Of a DNA stretch of 64,000 nucleotides, positions 17,801 to 27,935 are shown one piece after another; position 1 is the first letter of the stretch, and every line of letters begins with the position of its first letter. A program made the translations under genes and the position numbers. The notes below the pieces were generated by a model. The model saw nothing but the letters and a program-made list of their open reading frames with translations, was not told the origin of the DNA and did no database searches. The stretch is from contig OY762897.2 of NCBI GenBank assembly GCA_963666515.2, positions 2,784,001 to 2,848,000 of the forward strand, read 5' to 3'. The DNA is from Candidatus Binatia bacterium (lineage in GTDB: Bacteria > Desulfobacterota > Binatia > UBA9968 > JAJDTQ01).

Positions 17801-20800
17801 CCTGGTAGTCCGATCCTTCAACCGCGGTCCCGTCCATGAAAACCGGCCGCGCCTTGAATCCTCCCGATACCGCGTTGCTCAACGTCATCGTGAACGTCAG
17901 TGAATCCCCCTCCTCCGCACGAGCGTTGCTTATCTTCAACCTCGCCACGTCGTTGTCCACGATCAATCCCAAAGCCGAATCCGGCACCCCGCTCACACGT
18001 GTGTCCGATACCTCGAAGCTCACCGTCACCGTCTCCTCGTGCTCCACCACACGGTCGTCGATGGTCGTGACCGTGAACGTCTGCTGCTCCCCAGCCGTGC
18101 CCGCGAACACCAGCAGCGACGGACTCAACTCCGTCTTGTAGTCCTGCCCCGACGTCGCCGTCCCCCCGGTGATCACCGGCGTCACCTCGAACCCGTTCTT
18201 CACCCCGTTGTTCAGCGTCACCGTGAACGTCAGCGGCTCCCCCTCCACCGCCTCGGCGTCCGCAAAGGTCGCCGCCGACGAAATGTCGAAATCGTCGTCC
18301 GCCAGCGTCACGCTGGTCCCGTTGACCGTCAGGCCGGTGGACGCGCCCGCTACCGTGATCGTCTCGTCACCCTCGATCTCCGTGTCGTTCGTCGGCGTCA
18401 GCGTGAACGTCCCCGTCCCGCTCGTCTGGCCCGCGGTGATCGTGATGGTGAAATCGCTCACCGCCGTGTAGTCCGTGCCCGAATCCGCGCTGTCGCCGCT
18501 CTCGCCCACGCTCACCGTCACCGTGCGGGCGGTCTTGAACGTGTCCCCGTCGGTCTCGGCCGTCACCGTCACCGCCGTCGCCGTCGCGTTCTCATCCACG
18601 TTCGCGGGTTTCGCAGTCAGCGTAAACTCCGTGCTGTCGTCGTCCGTGATCGTCCCCGTGCCCGTGTCGGTGGATGTCACGCCGGAGGGCGCGCCTGAGA
18701 CGCTCAAGCCCACCGTGAAGGTCTCGTCCCCCTCCACCACCGCGTCCTCCGTGGTCGAGACCGTGAACGTCTTCTTCTCCCCCGCCGTGCCGGTGAAGGT
18801 CAGCGCCGCCGTGTTCTCCGTGTAGTCCGCGCTCTTGTCCGTCGTAACGTCCGTGAAGCTCGGCGTCACCGTCAGACCGCCCTGCACCGCCTTGTCCAGC
18901 GTCACCGTGAAGGTCATGGACTCGCCTTCGCCCGCGTTCGCGTCGCTCACCGTCACCGTCGTGCCGTCGTCGTTATTGATCGTGCCCGTGCCCGTGTCGG
19001 TGGACGTCACGCCCGAGGGCGCGTCCGAGACACTCAACCCCACCGTGAAGGTCTCGTTGCCCTCCAGCGCCGTGTCTTCGGTAGTCGAGACCGTGAACGT
19101 CCGGGTCTCGTTGGCCGTGCCGCTGAAGGTCAGCGCCGCCGTGTTCTCCGTGTAGTCCGTGCTCTTGTCCGTCGTAACGTCCGTGAAACTCGGCGTCACC
19201 TTCAGCCCGCCCTGCACCGCCTTGGACAGCGTCACCGTGAAGGTCATGCTGCTGCCTTCGTCCGCGCTCGCGTCGTTCACCGTCACCGTCGCGCCGTCGT
19301 CGTTGTTGATCGTGCCCGTGCCCGTGTCGGCGGACGTCACGCCCGAGGGCGCGTCCGAGACGCTCAACCCCACCGTGAAGGTCTCGTTGCCCTCCAGCGC
19401 CGTGTCTTCGGTGGTGGAAACCGTGAACGTCCGGGTCTCGTTGGCCGTACCGCTGAAGGTCAGCGCCGCCGTGTTCTCCGTGTAGTCCGCGCTCTTGTCC
19501 GTCGTAACGTCCGTGAAGCTCGGCGTCACCTTCAGCCCGCCCTGAACCGCCTTGGACAGCGTCACCGTGAAGGTCATGCTGCTGCCTTCGTCCGCGCTCG
19601 CGTCGTTCACCGTCACCGTCGCGCCGTCGTCGTTGTTGATCGTCCCCGTGCCCGTGTCGGCGGACGTCACGCCCGAGGGCGCGTCCGAGACGCTCAAGCC
19701 CACCGTGAAGGTCTCGTTGCCCTCCAGCACCGCGTCCTCGGTGGTGGAAACCGTGAACGTCCGGGTCTCGTTGGCCGTGCCGCTGAAGGTCAGCGCCGCC
19801 GTGTTCTCCGTGTAGTCCGCGCTCTTGTCCGTCGTAACGTCCGTGAAGCTCGGCGTCACCTTCAGCCCGCCCTGCACCGCCTTGGACAGCGTCACCGTGA
19901 AGGTCATGGACTCGCCCTCGGAGGCGCTCGCGTCGTTCACCGTCACCGCGGTGCTGTCGTCGTCGTTGATGGTGCCGGTGCCGGTGTCGGTCGCCGTCAC
20001 GGTCGTGCCCGCGGGCGCGTCGGACGCCGCCAGGCCCACCGTGAAGGTCTCGGCGGCCTCCAGAACCGCGTCCTCGGTGGTGGAAACCGTGAACGTCTGC
20101 GTCTCTCCCTTCGTGCCCGTAAAGGTCAGCGCCGTCGTGTTCTCGTCGTAGTCCGTGCCCTTCACCGCGATCACGTCCGTGAACGACGGCGTGACCTCGA
20201 GCCCGCCCTGCACCGCCTCCGACAGCGTCACCGTGAAGGTCATGGACTCGCCTTCGTCCGCGCTCGCGTCGTTCACCGTCACTGCGGCCGAGTCGTCGTT
20301 GTTGACCGTGCCGGTCCCGGTGTCCGTCGCGGTCACGGTCGTGCCCGCGGGCGCGTCGGACGCCGCCAGGCTCACCGTGAAGGTCTCGTTCGCCTCCAGA
20401 ACCGAGTCCTCGGTGGTGTCCACCGTGAACGTCTGCGTCTCACCCTTCGTGCCCGTAAAGGTCAGCGCCGTCGTGTTCTCGTCGTAGTCCGTGCCCTCCA
20501 CCGCGCTCACGTCCGTGAACGACGGCGTGACCTTGAGGCCGCCCTGCACCGCCTCCGACAGCGTCACCGTGAAGGTGATGTCATCGCCCTCGGAGGCGCT
20601 CGCGTCGTTCACCGTCACCGCGGCGCTGTCGTCGTTGTTGATGGTGCCCGTGCCCGTGTCGGTGGAGGTGATGTTGTTCGTGAGATTCGTGCCCGAGACG
20701 CTCATACCCACGGTGAAGGTCTCGTTCGCCTCCAGAACCGCGTCCTCGGTGGTCGAAACCGTGAATGTCTCCGTCTCCCCTTTCGTGCCGCTGAAGGTCA

Positions 20801-23800
20801 GCGCCGTCGTGTTCGCCGTGTAGTCGCCGCTGGCCGCGGTGCCGTTGGTGTAGCTGGGCGTCACCGTCAGGCCCCCCTGCACCGCCTCGGACAGCGTCAC
20901 GGTGAAGGTCATGCTGCTGCCCTCGGAGGCGCTGGCGTCGTTGATGGTCAGGGTCGCGGTGTCCTGGTCGCCCCCGGTACCGGATTGGATGGTGCCCGTG
21001 CCCGTGTCGGTGTCGGTGATGCTGCCCGTGAGCGTCGTGCCGGAGACGCTCAGGCCCACGGTGAAGGTCTCGTTGGCCTCGACCACGTCGTCCTGCGTGG
21101 TGGAGACGGTGAAGGTCTTGGTTTCGTTGGCGTTGCCCGTGAACGTCAGTGCCGTGGTGTTCTCGTCGTAGTCCGTGCCCTCGGTGGCCGTGACGTCGGT
21201 GAAATCCGGCGTCACCGTCAGACCCCCCGCAACCTGGGTGTCCAGGGTCACCGTGAAGGTCATGCTGCTGCCCTCGGCCGCGCTGGCGTCGTCGACGGTC
21301 ACCGTGGCGCTGTCGTTGTCGGTCAGCGTCAGCGTCGTCCCGGTCACCGTCGTGCTCAGGCTCGTGCCGGCCACGCCGATGGTCTCGCTGGCCTCGACCG
21401 TGGAGTCATCGGCCGGCGTGAGCGTGAACGTGCCCGTGCCGGTGGTCGCGTTCGCCGCGATCTTGATGATGAAGTCCGACACCGCGGTGTAGTCCGTGTC
21501 GGAGGTGGCCGTGCCGCTACCGCCCACCGAGACGGTCACCTCGCGCGACGACCCGATGGCCGACGCCGCGGTCGCCGTTACGGTCACCGAGGTGGCGCCG
21601 GCCCCTTCGCTCACGCTCGACGGGTTCGCGGTCAGCGTCACCGCCGGATAGTTGGACGAGTCGTGGATCGACAGCGAGGTGTCCGTCACGGGGATCGAGG
21701 TGTTCGCGGCGTTCGCGCCGAAGGCATTGACCCCGCCGCCCCCCGACGATGTCGTGCCGCTGATCGTGACGCTCTCGAAGCCTTCGTAGGCCGTGTCGGT
21801 CTTGGGCTTGAACGTGAACGTGCCCGTGCCGCTCGTCGCGTTCGCCGCGATGGTGATCGTGAAGTCCGACACCGCCTCGTAGTCGGTGCCCGAGGTCGCC
21901 TCGTCGCCGGATTCGCCCACCGACACCGTCACCGCCGTCGCCGAGCTGCGCGCCGCGTTGATGGTCGCGGTCACCGTGACCGTCTCGCTGGCCTTGCTCT
22001 CGCTCACGGACGACGGACTCGCGGACAGGGTGATGGCGTGGGTGTCGTCGTCGGTCAGCGTCACCGTGGTGGACGTCACGGTCGAGGACGCGCTCGCGCC
22101 GGCCACGCCGATGGTCTCGCTGCCTTCCACCGCGGTGTCCTGGGTCGGCGTCAGGGTGAACGTCCCCGTGCCGCTCGTGGCGTTGGCGGCGATGGTGATG
22201 GTGAAGTCCGCGACCGTGGCGTAGTCCGTGCCGCTGGACGCGGTGCCGCTGCCGCCCACCGACACGTTCACCTTGCGCGCCGACGAAATCGCCGAGGCGG
22301 CGCTGGCCGTCACCGTCACCGACGTGGCGGACGCCCCTTCGCTCACGCTCGACGGGTTGGCCGACAGGGTGATCGCCGGATAGCTGTCGTCGTCGGCGAG
22401 TGTCATCGTAGTCCCCGTCACGGTCGAGTTGGGGCTGGCGCCCTCCATGCCGATGGTCTCGTTGCCCTCCACCGACGTGTCTTGGGTCGGGGTCAGGGTG
22501 AACGTGCCCGTGCCGGTCTTCGCATTTGCGGCGATCGTGATGGTGAAGTCCGACACGGCCGCGTAGTCCGTTCCGGAGGTGGCCGTGCCGCTGTCCCCCA
22601 CTTGGACCCTCACCGTGCGCGCCGAGGACGTCGCGGCCTTGGCGGTGGCCGTCACCGTCACCGACGTGGCGCTCGCCCCCTCGCCCACGCTCGACGGGCT
22701 TGCCGACAGCGCGATGGCGTGTTTGTCGTCGTCGGTCAGCGTGACGGAGGTGCCGGTCACCGTGTGGCCGCCGCTGCTGCTGCCCGACACCGAGATCGCC
22801 TCGTTGCCCTCCACCAGGGTGTCCTGCACCGGCGTCAGCTCGAACGAGGCCTCGGCCGTGGACTGGCCCTTCGGGATCGTGATCGTGCGGACGTTCGACG
22901 TCGTGTAGTCCGTGGTCTTGGTCGCGCTGTCGCCGCCCGCGCCGACGGCCAGCGTCACCGTCGTCTCGGCCTTCATCGCCGCCGCCGCGGTCGCCCGCAC
23001 GGTCACTGACTTGAGCCCCGCGCCCTCGGCCACGGCGACGTACGACGGCACGGTGCTGAGCGCGATCGTCGGCAGGTCGTCGTCGGTCAGCGTCAGGGTG
23101 GTTCTCGATATCGTCGCGGCCTCGCTGCTCGTGCCGGTCACGTGGATGGTCTCGTCGCCCTCAAGGGCGGTGTCGTCCGTCGGGGTCAGGGTGAAGGAGC
23201 CCGTGCCGCTCGTCGCGTTCGCCGCGATCGTGATCGTGAAGTCGGAAACGGCCGCGTAGTCCGTGCCCGAGGTCGCCGTGCCGCTGTCGCCCACCGACAC
23301 CGTCACCGTGCGCGCCGTGGCAAGAGCCTCCGCCGCGGTCGCCGTCACCGTCACCGACGTGGCGCTCGCCGCTTCGCTGATGCTCGACGGCGCCGCCGAG
23401 AGGGTCACCGCGGGATCCGTGTCGGTCAGGGTCAGCGTCGTCGGGTGCACGTAGGCGACCGTGCTCGATCCCGACACGCCGATGGTCTCGTCGCCCTCGG
23501 CGGCGCTGTCCTTGGTCGGCCTCAGGGTGAAGACGTTCGTGGCGCCCGTCTTGTTCGCGGGAATCACGATGTCGAAGTCCGACACCGCCGCGTAGTCCGT
23601 GCCGGAGGTCGCCGTCCCGGTGTCCCCCACCGACACCGTCACCGTGCGCGGCGTCGACACCGTCCCCGTCGCCGTGGCCGTCACCGCCACCTGCGTCCCC
23701 GCCGCCCCCTCACTGACGCTCGACGGGTGTACCGAGAGTGCGATGGGCTGGGCGTCGGTCAGTTTAATCGACGTTCCTTGGCCCGCATAAAAATTAAAAT

Positions 23801-26800
23801 GGGAACCACTCCCGTTGATGTTGATCGTCTCGTCGCTCTCGAGCAGCGCGTCCTGGGTCGGCGTCAGGGTGAAGGTGCCCGTGGCGCTCGAAGCCTTGTT
23901 GGGAATCGTGATCGTGAAGTTCGACACCGCCGCGTAGTCCGTGCCCGACGTTGCGGTGCCGCCGCCGACCGACACCGTCACGTACACGTTTCCGTACACC
24001 GTGGGGTGGATGTGTGCCGTCACCGTCACCGTCGTGGCGCCGTCGTGCTCGCTCACGCTCGACACGTCCGTCGTCAGTCCTATCGTCGCGTACCATTCAA
24101 AGATCCCTACCCCATTGGATACGCCGTTCACCTTGTAGCCGGTCGCGAGGCCCTCGATCGAGAACCTCTCATTGTTGTCGGCAACGAAGTCCCGTATCCC
24201 CGCTACGCTGAAGCCCTTTGACGCTGAGGTCTGGCCCGCGGGTATCGTGATCGTGTAGTCGGCCACCTCCGTGTAGTCCACGCCCTCGGTCGCGCCGTCG
24301 GTGCCCGCGCCGACCACTACCGTTACGTCGACCGCCGACGTCGTCGCGCCGGTGCGTGTTGCCGTAACGTCGATGGTCCCACTCCAACTCTCGGAAAAGG
24401 CTGCCGTGCCGGCCGAAAGCGAGATCGTGGGCTGGTCGTCATCGACCAGCGTCAGCGTCGTTCCCGTCACCGTTGCGAGCGAGTTGGTGCCCGCGATGCC
24501 GATGGTCTCGTTGCCTTCGTTGGTGGTGTCCTGGGTCGGGGTCAGGGTGAACGAGCCCGTGCCGCTCGTCGCGTCCGCCGCGATCGTGATGTCGAAGTCC
24601 GACACCGCCGCGTAGTCCGTGCCCGAGGTCGCCGTCCCGGTTCCCCCCACGGACACCGTCACCGTGCGCGCCACCGCGATCGCCGTCGCCGCGGTGGCCG
24701 TCACTGTCACCGACGTTCCGGACGCCTCCTCGCCCAGCACCTTCCGGTTCAGCGACAAGGTCACCGCATCCTTGTCGTCGTCGGTGAGCGTGATCGTGGC
24801 GTTCGTCATCGTCGTGTTCGGGCTGCTGCCGTCCACGCCGATCGTCTCGTTGTACTCGACCAGGGTGTCCTGGGTCGGGGTCAGGGTGAACGTCCCAGTC
24901 CCGCTCGTCGCGTTCGCCGCGATGGTGATCGTGAAGTCCGTCACCGCCGCATAGTCCGACCCGGAAGCCGCGGTGCCGGTCTGACCCACCGACACGGTCA
25001 CCGTGCGTGCGGACGAAATCGCGGATGCGGCCGTGGCCGTCACCGTGATCGAGGTGGCCGACGCCCCCTCACTCACGCTCGACGTGCTCGTCGAGAGGGT
25101 GATCGCCGGCAGGGTGTCGTCGTCGGTGAGCGCCAAGGTCGTTCCCGTCACCGTCGTGGCGGTGCTGCTGCCGGACACGCCGATGGTCTCGCCGCCCTCG
25201 ACCGTCGTGTCCTGGGTCGGCGTCAGCGTGAACGTGCCCGTGCCGCTCGTGGCGTTCGCCGCGAGCGTGACCGTGAAGTCCGACACCGCCGCGTAGTCCG
25301 TGCCCGAGGTCGCCGTGCCGCTGCCGCCCACCTTCACCGACACCGTGCGCGCCGAGGCAATCGCGGACGCGGCCGTGGCCGTCACGGTGACCGAGGTGGC
25401 GGACGCACTCTCGAGAACGCTCGACGGGCTCACCGACAGCGTGACCGCGGGATTGATGTCGTCGTCGGCGAGCGTCACCGTGGTTCCCGTCACCGTCGTG
25501 TTCAGGCTGCTGCCGGCCACGCCGATGGTCTCGTTCCCCTCGTTGGTGGTGTCCTGGATCGGCTTCAGGCTGAAGGTGCCCGTGCCGCTCAGCGCGTTCG
25601 CCGCGATGGTGATGTCGAAGTTCGACACCGCGGCGTAATCCGTGCCCGAGGCCGCGGAGCCGGTGCCCCCCACCGACACCGTCAGGGTGCGCGCCCACGC
25701 GACCGTCGAGGCGGCCGTGGCCTTCACCCTCACCGAGGTGGCCAGCGCCGCTTCGGCCACGCTCGACGGCGTCGCCGTGAGGGTCACCGCCGGCTGGGCG
25801 TCGTCGTCGGCCAGCGTCATCGCCGTTCCGCCCACCGTGAAGACCACGCCGCGGTCTTCCGGCATCCCGTCGATCGAGATCGATTCGGCATCCTCCACCG
25901 ACGTGTCGTTGGTCGGGGTCAGACTGAACGCGCCCGTGGCGGTCTTCGCGTTCGCCGGGATGGTGATGTTGAAGGCCGGCACCACCGTGTAGTCCGTGCC
26001 CGGGGTCGCGGTGTCCTTCTGCCTGTTGCCCACCGCCACCAGCACCGTGCGGGCCTTGACGGCCGCGGTCGGCGAGGACGCCGTGACCGTCACCGTCTTG
26101 GCGCCGCCGTTCTCGCTCACGCTGGCCGGGCTCACCGACAGCGTGACGTCCAGCGCCGGCTCGTCGTCGGTCAGCGTCAGGGTGGTTCCGGTCAGTTTCG
26201 CGGCCACGCCCTCGACATTCCCCGCGAGGGCGATGGTCTCGTCGCCCTCCGCCAGCGTGTCCTGGGTCGGCGTCAGCGTGAAGGTGCCGGTGGCGCTGGT
26301 GGCGTTCTTCGCGAGGGTGATGTCGAAGTTCGACACTGCGGCGTAGTCCGTGCCCGACGCCGCGGTGCCGCTGCCCCCCACCGACACCGTCACCGTGCGG
26401 GAGGCCGAGTGCGCGGCCGAAGCCGCGGTGACCGTCACCGTGGTGGCGCCGTCCGCCTCGCTCAGCTTCGACGGGTTCGCCGACAGCGTGACCTGCGGCC
26501 CGCTGTAGGGCCGGTCGCCCTCGTCGGTCAGGGTCAGGGTGGCTGACTGCGCGCCGTCGGCGCCCGAGGCATGGATCGTGATCGTCTCGTCGCCTTCCCA
26601 GTCGGTGTCCCCGATCGGCTCCAGGTTGAAGGAGTTGCTGCCCGACCGCCGGCCGGCCTTGATGGTGATCCTGAACTTGGAGACCGCCTTGTAGTCCGTG
26701 CCCGAGACGGCGCCGTCGCCGCCCTTGCCCACCGTCACCTCGTAGCTGAGATCGCTGGACGAAGTGCCCCACTCCGACACTTCCGCGGTCACCGTCACAA

Positions 26801-26981
26801 GCTGCTTGCCGCCGTTCTCCGACACGGAGCCCGGCGAGAGGGACAACCTGGCGCCGTACCACCACTGGGCTCTGACTTCGGCGCCTGCCGGCGACGCGGA
26901 GGCGCAGACCAGAGCTGCCAGTATTACTGTGGCCCCGGCAGAGGGGCCGAGGGAGCGGATTACGCGCTTCATTGACGGCAT
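14814..26981 (-). CDS. Giant Calx-beta repeat surface protein with C-terminal autotransporter-like beta-barrel (paralog 1, ~4055 aa)
   Basis: Signal peptide (SPAGA|E); dozens of ~110-aa Calx-beta-like repeats (GTATSGTDY..., DD..E..ETFTV); AWLARFGRTV linker and amphipathic beta strands. ATG 26981 follows AAGGA. Confidence 0.88.
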   Translation of the reverse strand: MPSMKRVIRSLGPSAGATVILAALVCASASPAGAEVRAQWWYGARLSLSPGSVSENGGKQLVTVTAEVSEWGTSSSDLSYEVTVGKGGDGAVSGTDYKAVSKFRITIKAGRRSGSNSFNLEPIGDTDWEGDETITIHASGADGAQSATLTLTDEGDRPYSGPQVTLSANPSKLSEADGATTVTVTAASAAHSASRTVTVSVGGSGTAASGTDYAAVSNFDITLAKNATSATGTFTLTPTQDTLAEGDETIALAGNVEGVAAKLTGTTLTLTDDEPALDVTLSVSPASVSENGGAKTVTVTASSPTAAVKARTVLVAVGNRQKDTATPGTDYTVVPAFNITIPANAKTATGAFSLTPTNDTSVEDAESISIDGMPEDRGVVFTVGGTAMTLADDDAQPAVTLTATPSSVAEAALATSVRVKATAASTVAWARTLTVSVGGTGSAASGTDYAAVSNFDITIAANALSGTGTFSLKPIQDTTNEGNETIGVAGSSLNTTVTGTTVTLADDDINPAVTLSVSPSSVLESASATSVTVTATAASAIASARTVSVKVGGSGTATSGTDYAAVSDFTVTLAANATSGTGTFTLTPTQDTTVEGGETIGVSGSSTATTVTGTTLALTDDDTLPAITLSTSTSSVSEGASATSITVTATAASAISSARTVTVSVGQTGTAASGSDYAAVTDFTITIAANATSGTGTFTLTPTQDTLVEYNETIGVDGSSPNTTMTNATITLTDDDKDAVTLSLNRKVLGEEASGTSVTVTATAATAIAVARTVTVSVGGTGTATSGTDYAAVSDFDITIAADATSGTGSFTLTPTQDTTNEGNETIGIAGTNSLATVTGTTLTLVDDDQPTISLSAGTAAFSESWSGTIDVTATRTGATTSAVDVTVVVGAGTDGATEGVDYTEVADYTITIPAGQTSASKGFSVAGIRDFVADNNERFSIEGLATGYKVNGVSNGVGIFEWYATIGLTTDVSSVSEHDGATTVTVTAHIHPTVYGNVYVTVSVGGGTATSGTDYAAVSNFTITIPNKASSATGTFTLTPTQDALLESDETININGSGSHFNFYAGQGTSIKLTDAQPIALSVHPSSVSEGAAGTQVAVTATATGTVSTPRTVTVSVGDTGTATSGTDYAAVSDFDIVIPANKTGATNVFTLRPTKDSAAEGDETIGVSGSSTVAYVHPTTLTLTDTDPAVTLSAAPSSISEAASATSVTVTATAAEALATARTVTVSVGDSGTATSGTDYAAVSDFTITIAANATSGTGSFTLTPTDDTALEGDETIHVTGTSSEAATISRTTLTLTDDDLPTIALSTVPSYVAVAEGAGLKSVTVRATAAAAMKAETTVTLAVGAGGDSATKTTDYTTSNVRTITIPKGQSTAEASFELTPVQDTLVEGNEAISVSGSSSGGHTVTGTSVTLTDDDKHAIALSASPSSVGEGASATSVTVTATAKAATSSARTVRVQVGDSGTATSGTDYAAVSDFTITIAANAKTGTGTFTLTPTQDTSVEGNETIGMEGASPNSTVTGTTMTLADDDSYPAITLSANPSSVSEGASATSVTVTASAASAISSARKVNVSVGGSGTASSGTDYATVADFTITIAANATSGTGTFTLTPTQDTAVEGSETIGVAGASASSTVTSTTVTLTDDDTHAITLSASPSSVSESKASETVTVTATINAARSSATAVTVSVGESGDEATSGTDYEAVSDFTITIAANATSGTGTFTFKPKTDTAYEGFESVTISGTTSSGGGGVNAFGANAANTSIPVTDTSLSIHDSSNYPAVTLTANPSSVSEGAGATSVTVTATAASAIGSSREVTVSVGGSGTATSDTDYTAVSDFIIKIAANATTGTGTFTLTPADDSTVEASETIGVAGTSLSTTVTGTTLTLTDNDSATVTVDDASAAEGSSMTFTVTLDTQVAGGLTVTPDFTDVTATEGTDYDENTTALTFTGNANETKTFTVSTTQDDVVEANETFTVGLSVSGTTLTGSITDTDTGTGTIQSGTGGDQDTATLTINDASASEGSSMTFTVTLSEAVQGGLTVTPSYTNGTAASGDYTANTTALTFSGTKGETETFTVSTTEDAVLEANETFTVGMSVSGTNLTNNITSTDTGTGTINNDDSAAVTVNDASASEGDDITFTVTLSEAVQGGLKVTPSFTDVSAVEGTDYDENTTALTFTGTKGETQTFTVDTTEDSVLEANETFTVSLAASDAPAGTTVTATDTGTGTVNNDDSAAVTVNDASADEGESMTFTVTLSEAVQGGLEVTPSFTDVIAVKGTDYDENTTALTFTGTKGETQTFTVSTTEDAVLEAAETFTVGLAASDAPAGTTVTATDTGTGTINDDDSTAVTVNDASASEGESMTFTVTLSKAVQGGLKVTPSFTDVTTDKSADYTENTAALTFSGTANETRTFTVSTTEDAVLEGNETFTVGLSVSDAPSGVTSADTGTGTINNDDGATVTVNDASADEGSSMTFTVTLSKAVQGGLKVTPSFTDVTTDKSADYTENTAALTFSGTANETRTFTVSTTEDTALEGNETFTVGLSVSDAPSGVTSADTGTGTINNDDGATVTVNDASADEGSSMTFTVTLSKAVQGGLKVTPSFTDVTTDKSTDYTENTAALTFSGTANETRTFTVSTTEDTALEGNETFTVGLSVSDAPSGVTSTDTGTGTINNDDGTTVTVSDANAGEGESMTFTVTLDKAVQGGLTVTPSFTDVTTDKSADYTENTAALTFTGTAGEKKTFTVSTTEDAVVEGDETFTVGLSVSGAPSGVTSTDTGTGTITDDDSTEFTLTAKPANVDENATATAVTVTAETDGDTFKTARTVTVSVGESGDSADSGTDYTAVSDFTITITAGQTSGTGTFTLTPTNDTEIEGDETITVAGASTGLTVNGTSVTLADDDFDISSAATFADAEAVEGEPLTFTVTLNNGVKNGFEVTPVITGGTATSGQDYKTELSPSLLVFAGTAGEQQTFTVTTIDDRVVEHEETVTVSFEVSDTRVSGVPDSALGLIVDNDVARLKISNARAEEGDSLTFTMTLSNAVSGGFKARPVFMDGTAVEGSDYQGNRPTLEFSGTSGESRSVTVPSLEDGVVEPEEWFNIGLSISGAPGGLRVGAGVGVIEDDDEAVLTVSDARGEEGEGLVFTVTLDNAVQSGFTVRPVFTDGSAEEGSDYRENRSALEFSGVAGESHTFEVTSLEDGVVEYDEDFTVGLDTTEVPAGVQVVSGAGVIEDDDEAVLTISDASAKEGEALVFTVTLDNAVQSGFTVRPVFTDGSAEEGLDYTENRPALEFSGVAGESRTFEVMSLEDAVVEYNEEFTVSMDLTEGPGGLQTGAAGTGTIEDGTETVVRVSEARAEEGEELVFTVTLENAVVGGLTVTPSYADGTALEGTDYTENVTALTFAGTAGESQEIAVSSLEDGLVEGDETFTLRVGVTDAPAGVSGSEGTGTVEDDDRRGEGVEVRVTDVSVEEGSPLVFTVSLAQAVPDNIVILRYATRDGTAHAGQDYTAVSGTFTFAAGETEKTVEVATLDDEFDEGSETMELRLSDGVNAKLTDPAGTGTITNDDPLPKAWLARFGRTVGEHVMGAIDARLHGDATGSHLTVGGVTAEKPEEGEGRRPMGSFGLSEAGEWEGLARGGSERKGAGWPGPQGDGALGFGAVGFGTGTKEMTTRELLASSAFRWRLGASEEGSGSGLRWTSWGSGAATRFDGRERSVSLDGEVVGMTLGVDAEWGPWTAGMALAYNDGRGTYDDAKSGRSGKTWSTLTSAHPYVRWQNERLSVWGLVGHGQGEYAVAPGEGDETVRTDMGMNMAGVGARQTLAPAPGGVELALRADGMFVWMNSDAVAGRLQETRTETRHLRLLLEGSRGFNVGSGGVLTPSLEAGVRHDAGDAETGFGLEVNARVRYEDVARGLTVEARGRGMVAHEVNGYEVWGASGSVVLDPGSDRLGLSLRVQPSWGEPESGVESLWDEGAAEGGSLAGSRTGARLDTELGYGLPALEGRGVFTLQAGFGMEDGGSHRVRVGGVLDTDNGFELSLSGEQTLPHEGEPEYEVVLNARFAL

Positions 26982-27032
26982 GAGACTATCCTTTCCACGC
27001 CTGCCCAAGTCAGTGGCACTGGCTCTCTATAA

Positions 27033-27275
27033 AGCAACCAGCGTGCCAACGTGCGCGAAATCATGTAACCTATTGATATTAAAGGGATTTTAGCGATCGG
27101 GTGAATCGAGCGTATTCGCTCATTGTCGCAAAATGCGACAGGAAGGCCCCTGCCATACTGAGAATATTATTGATTTATGGTCATATATTCTCAATAATCC
27201 TGAATAGTTATGGATAAAACTTACAGCTATAGGGGATAATTTCGCATTTCGAGACGTGATTCTCACTTTGAGACA
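27033..27275 (-). promoter_or_regulatory. sigma54 promoter with IHF site and enhancer-type inverted repeats (paralog 1)
   Basis: Minus strand TGGCACG-CTGG-TTGCT (27048-27033); IHF consensus TATCAA-TAGG-TTA (27078-27066); palindrome TGTCGCA-AAA-TGCGACA (27124-27140); degenerate pair at 27240-27275. Confidence 0.8.
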
Positions 27276-27304
27276 CTTTTCGGGGCGGAACGGGTGCAAA
27301 ACGG

Positions 27305-27389
27305 CGTCCTTCGACTTCGCTCCGCTACGCTCAGGACGAACGGGTTTGGTAGGTGTGCAGTTTGGCAGGTACTCAGGACGAACGGCTGG
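27305..27389. repeat. REP-like element(s)
   Basis: CGTCCTTCGACTTCGC...CTACGCTCAGGACGAACGG, the same family as 63838-63941, plus a partial copy CTCAGGACGAACGG at 27372. Confidence 0.75.
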
Positions 27390-27467
27390 AGGTGAGGGTC
27401 TCGGCGACTACGAGGTCCTGGCCCGATTATCCTTGCCCCGGACCAGTGGGGTTGCTATGATCGAAGC

Positions 27468-27935
27468 ATGGCCGAAGCCATCGCCTTCGACACTCATCGC
27501 TTCGTCAAGCGCCTGACCGAGAGCGGCTTCACCGAGAAGCAGGCCGAGACCCTCGCCGAAGAGCACGTCGCCCTGCTCAACGCCAACCTCGCCACCAAGG
27601 CCGATATCGCCGCTATCACGGCCGATATCGCCAGGGTCGAGGCCGGCGTGGAGGCCCTGCGGCAGGAGACCAAGGCAGACATCGCCAGGGTCGAGGCCGG
27701 CGTGGAGGCCCTGCGGCAGGAGACCAAGGCAGACATCGCCAGGGTCGAGGCCGGCGTGGAGGCCCTGCGGCAGGAAACCAAGGCAGACATCGCCAGGGTC
27801 GAGGCCGGTATGGAAGCCCTACGGCACGAAACCGGCGCAGCCATCGAGGCGGTGAAGGCCGACCTTCTGAAGTGGATGTTCGGCGCGCTGATCGCCCAAG
27901 GCGGCCTGATCGTCGCCCTCGTCAAGCTTCTCTAG
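27468..27935 (+). CDS. CCDC90/DUF1640-like coiled-coil membrane-anchored protein
   Basis: FDTHRFVKRLTESGFTEKQAE head, ATKADI neck motifs, 18-aa repeats (54 bp x ~4, 27621-27836), C-terminal TM. Confidence 0.85.
   Translation: MAEAIAFDTHRFVKRLTESGFTEKQAETLAEEHVALLNANLATKADIAAITADIARVEAGVEALRQETKADIARVEAGVEALRQETKADIARVEAGVEALRQETKADIARVEAGMEALRHETGAAIEAVKADLLKWMFGALIAQGGLIVALVKLL

Noticed and set aside
27621-27836. 54-bp repeats as CRISPR or iterons
   Set aside because: Contiguous in-frame coiled-coil repeats without spacers.
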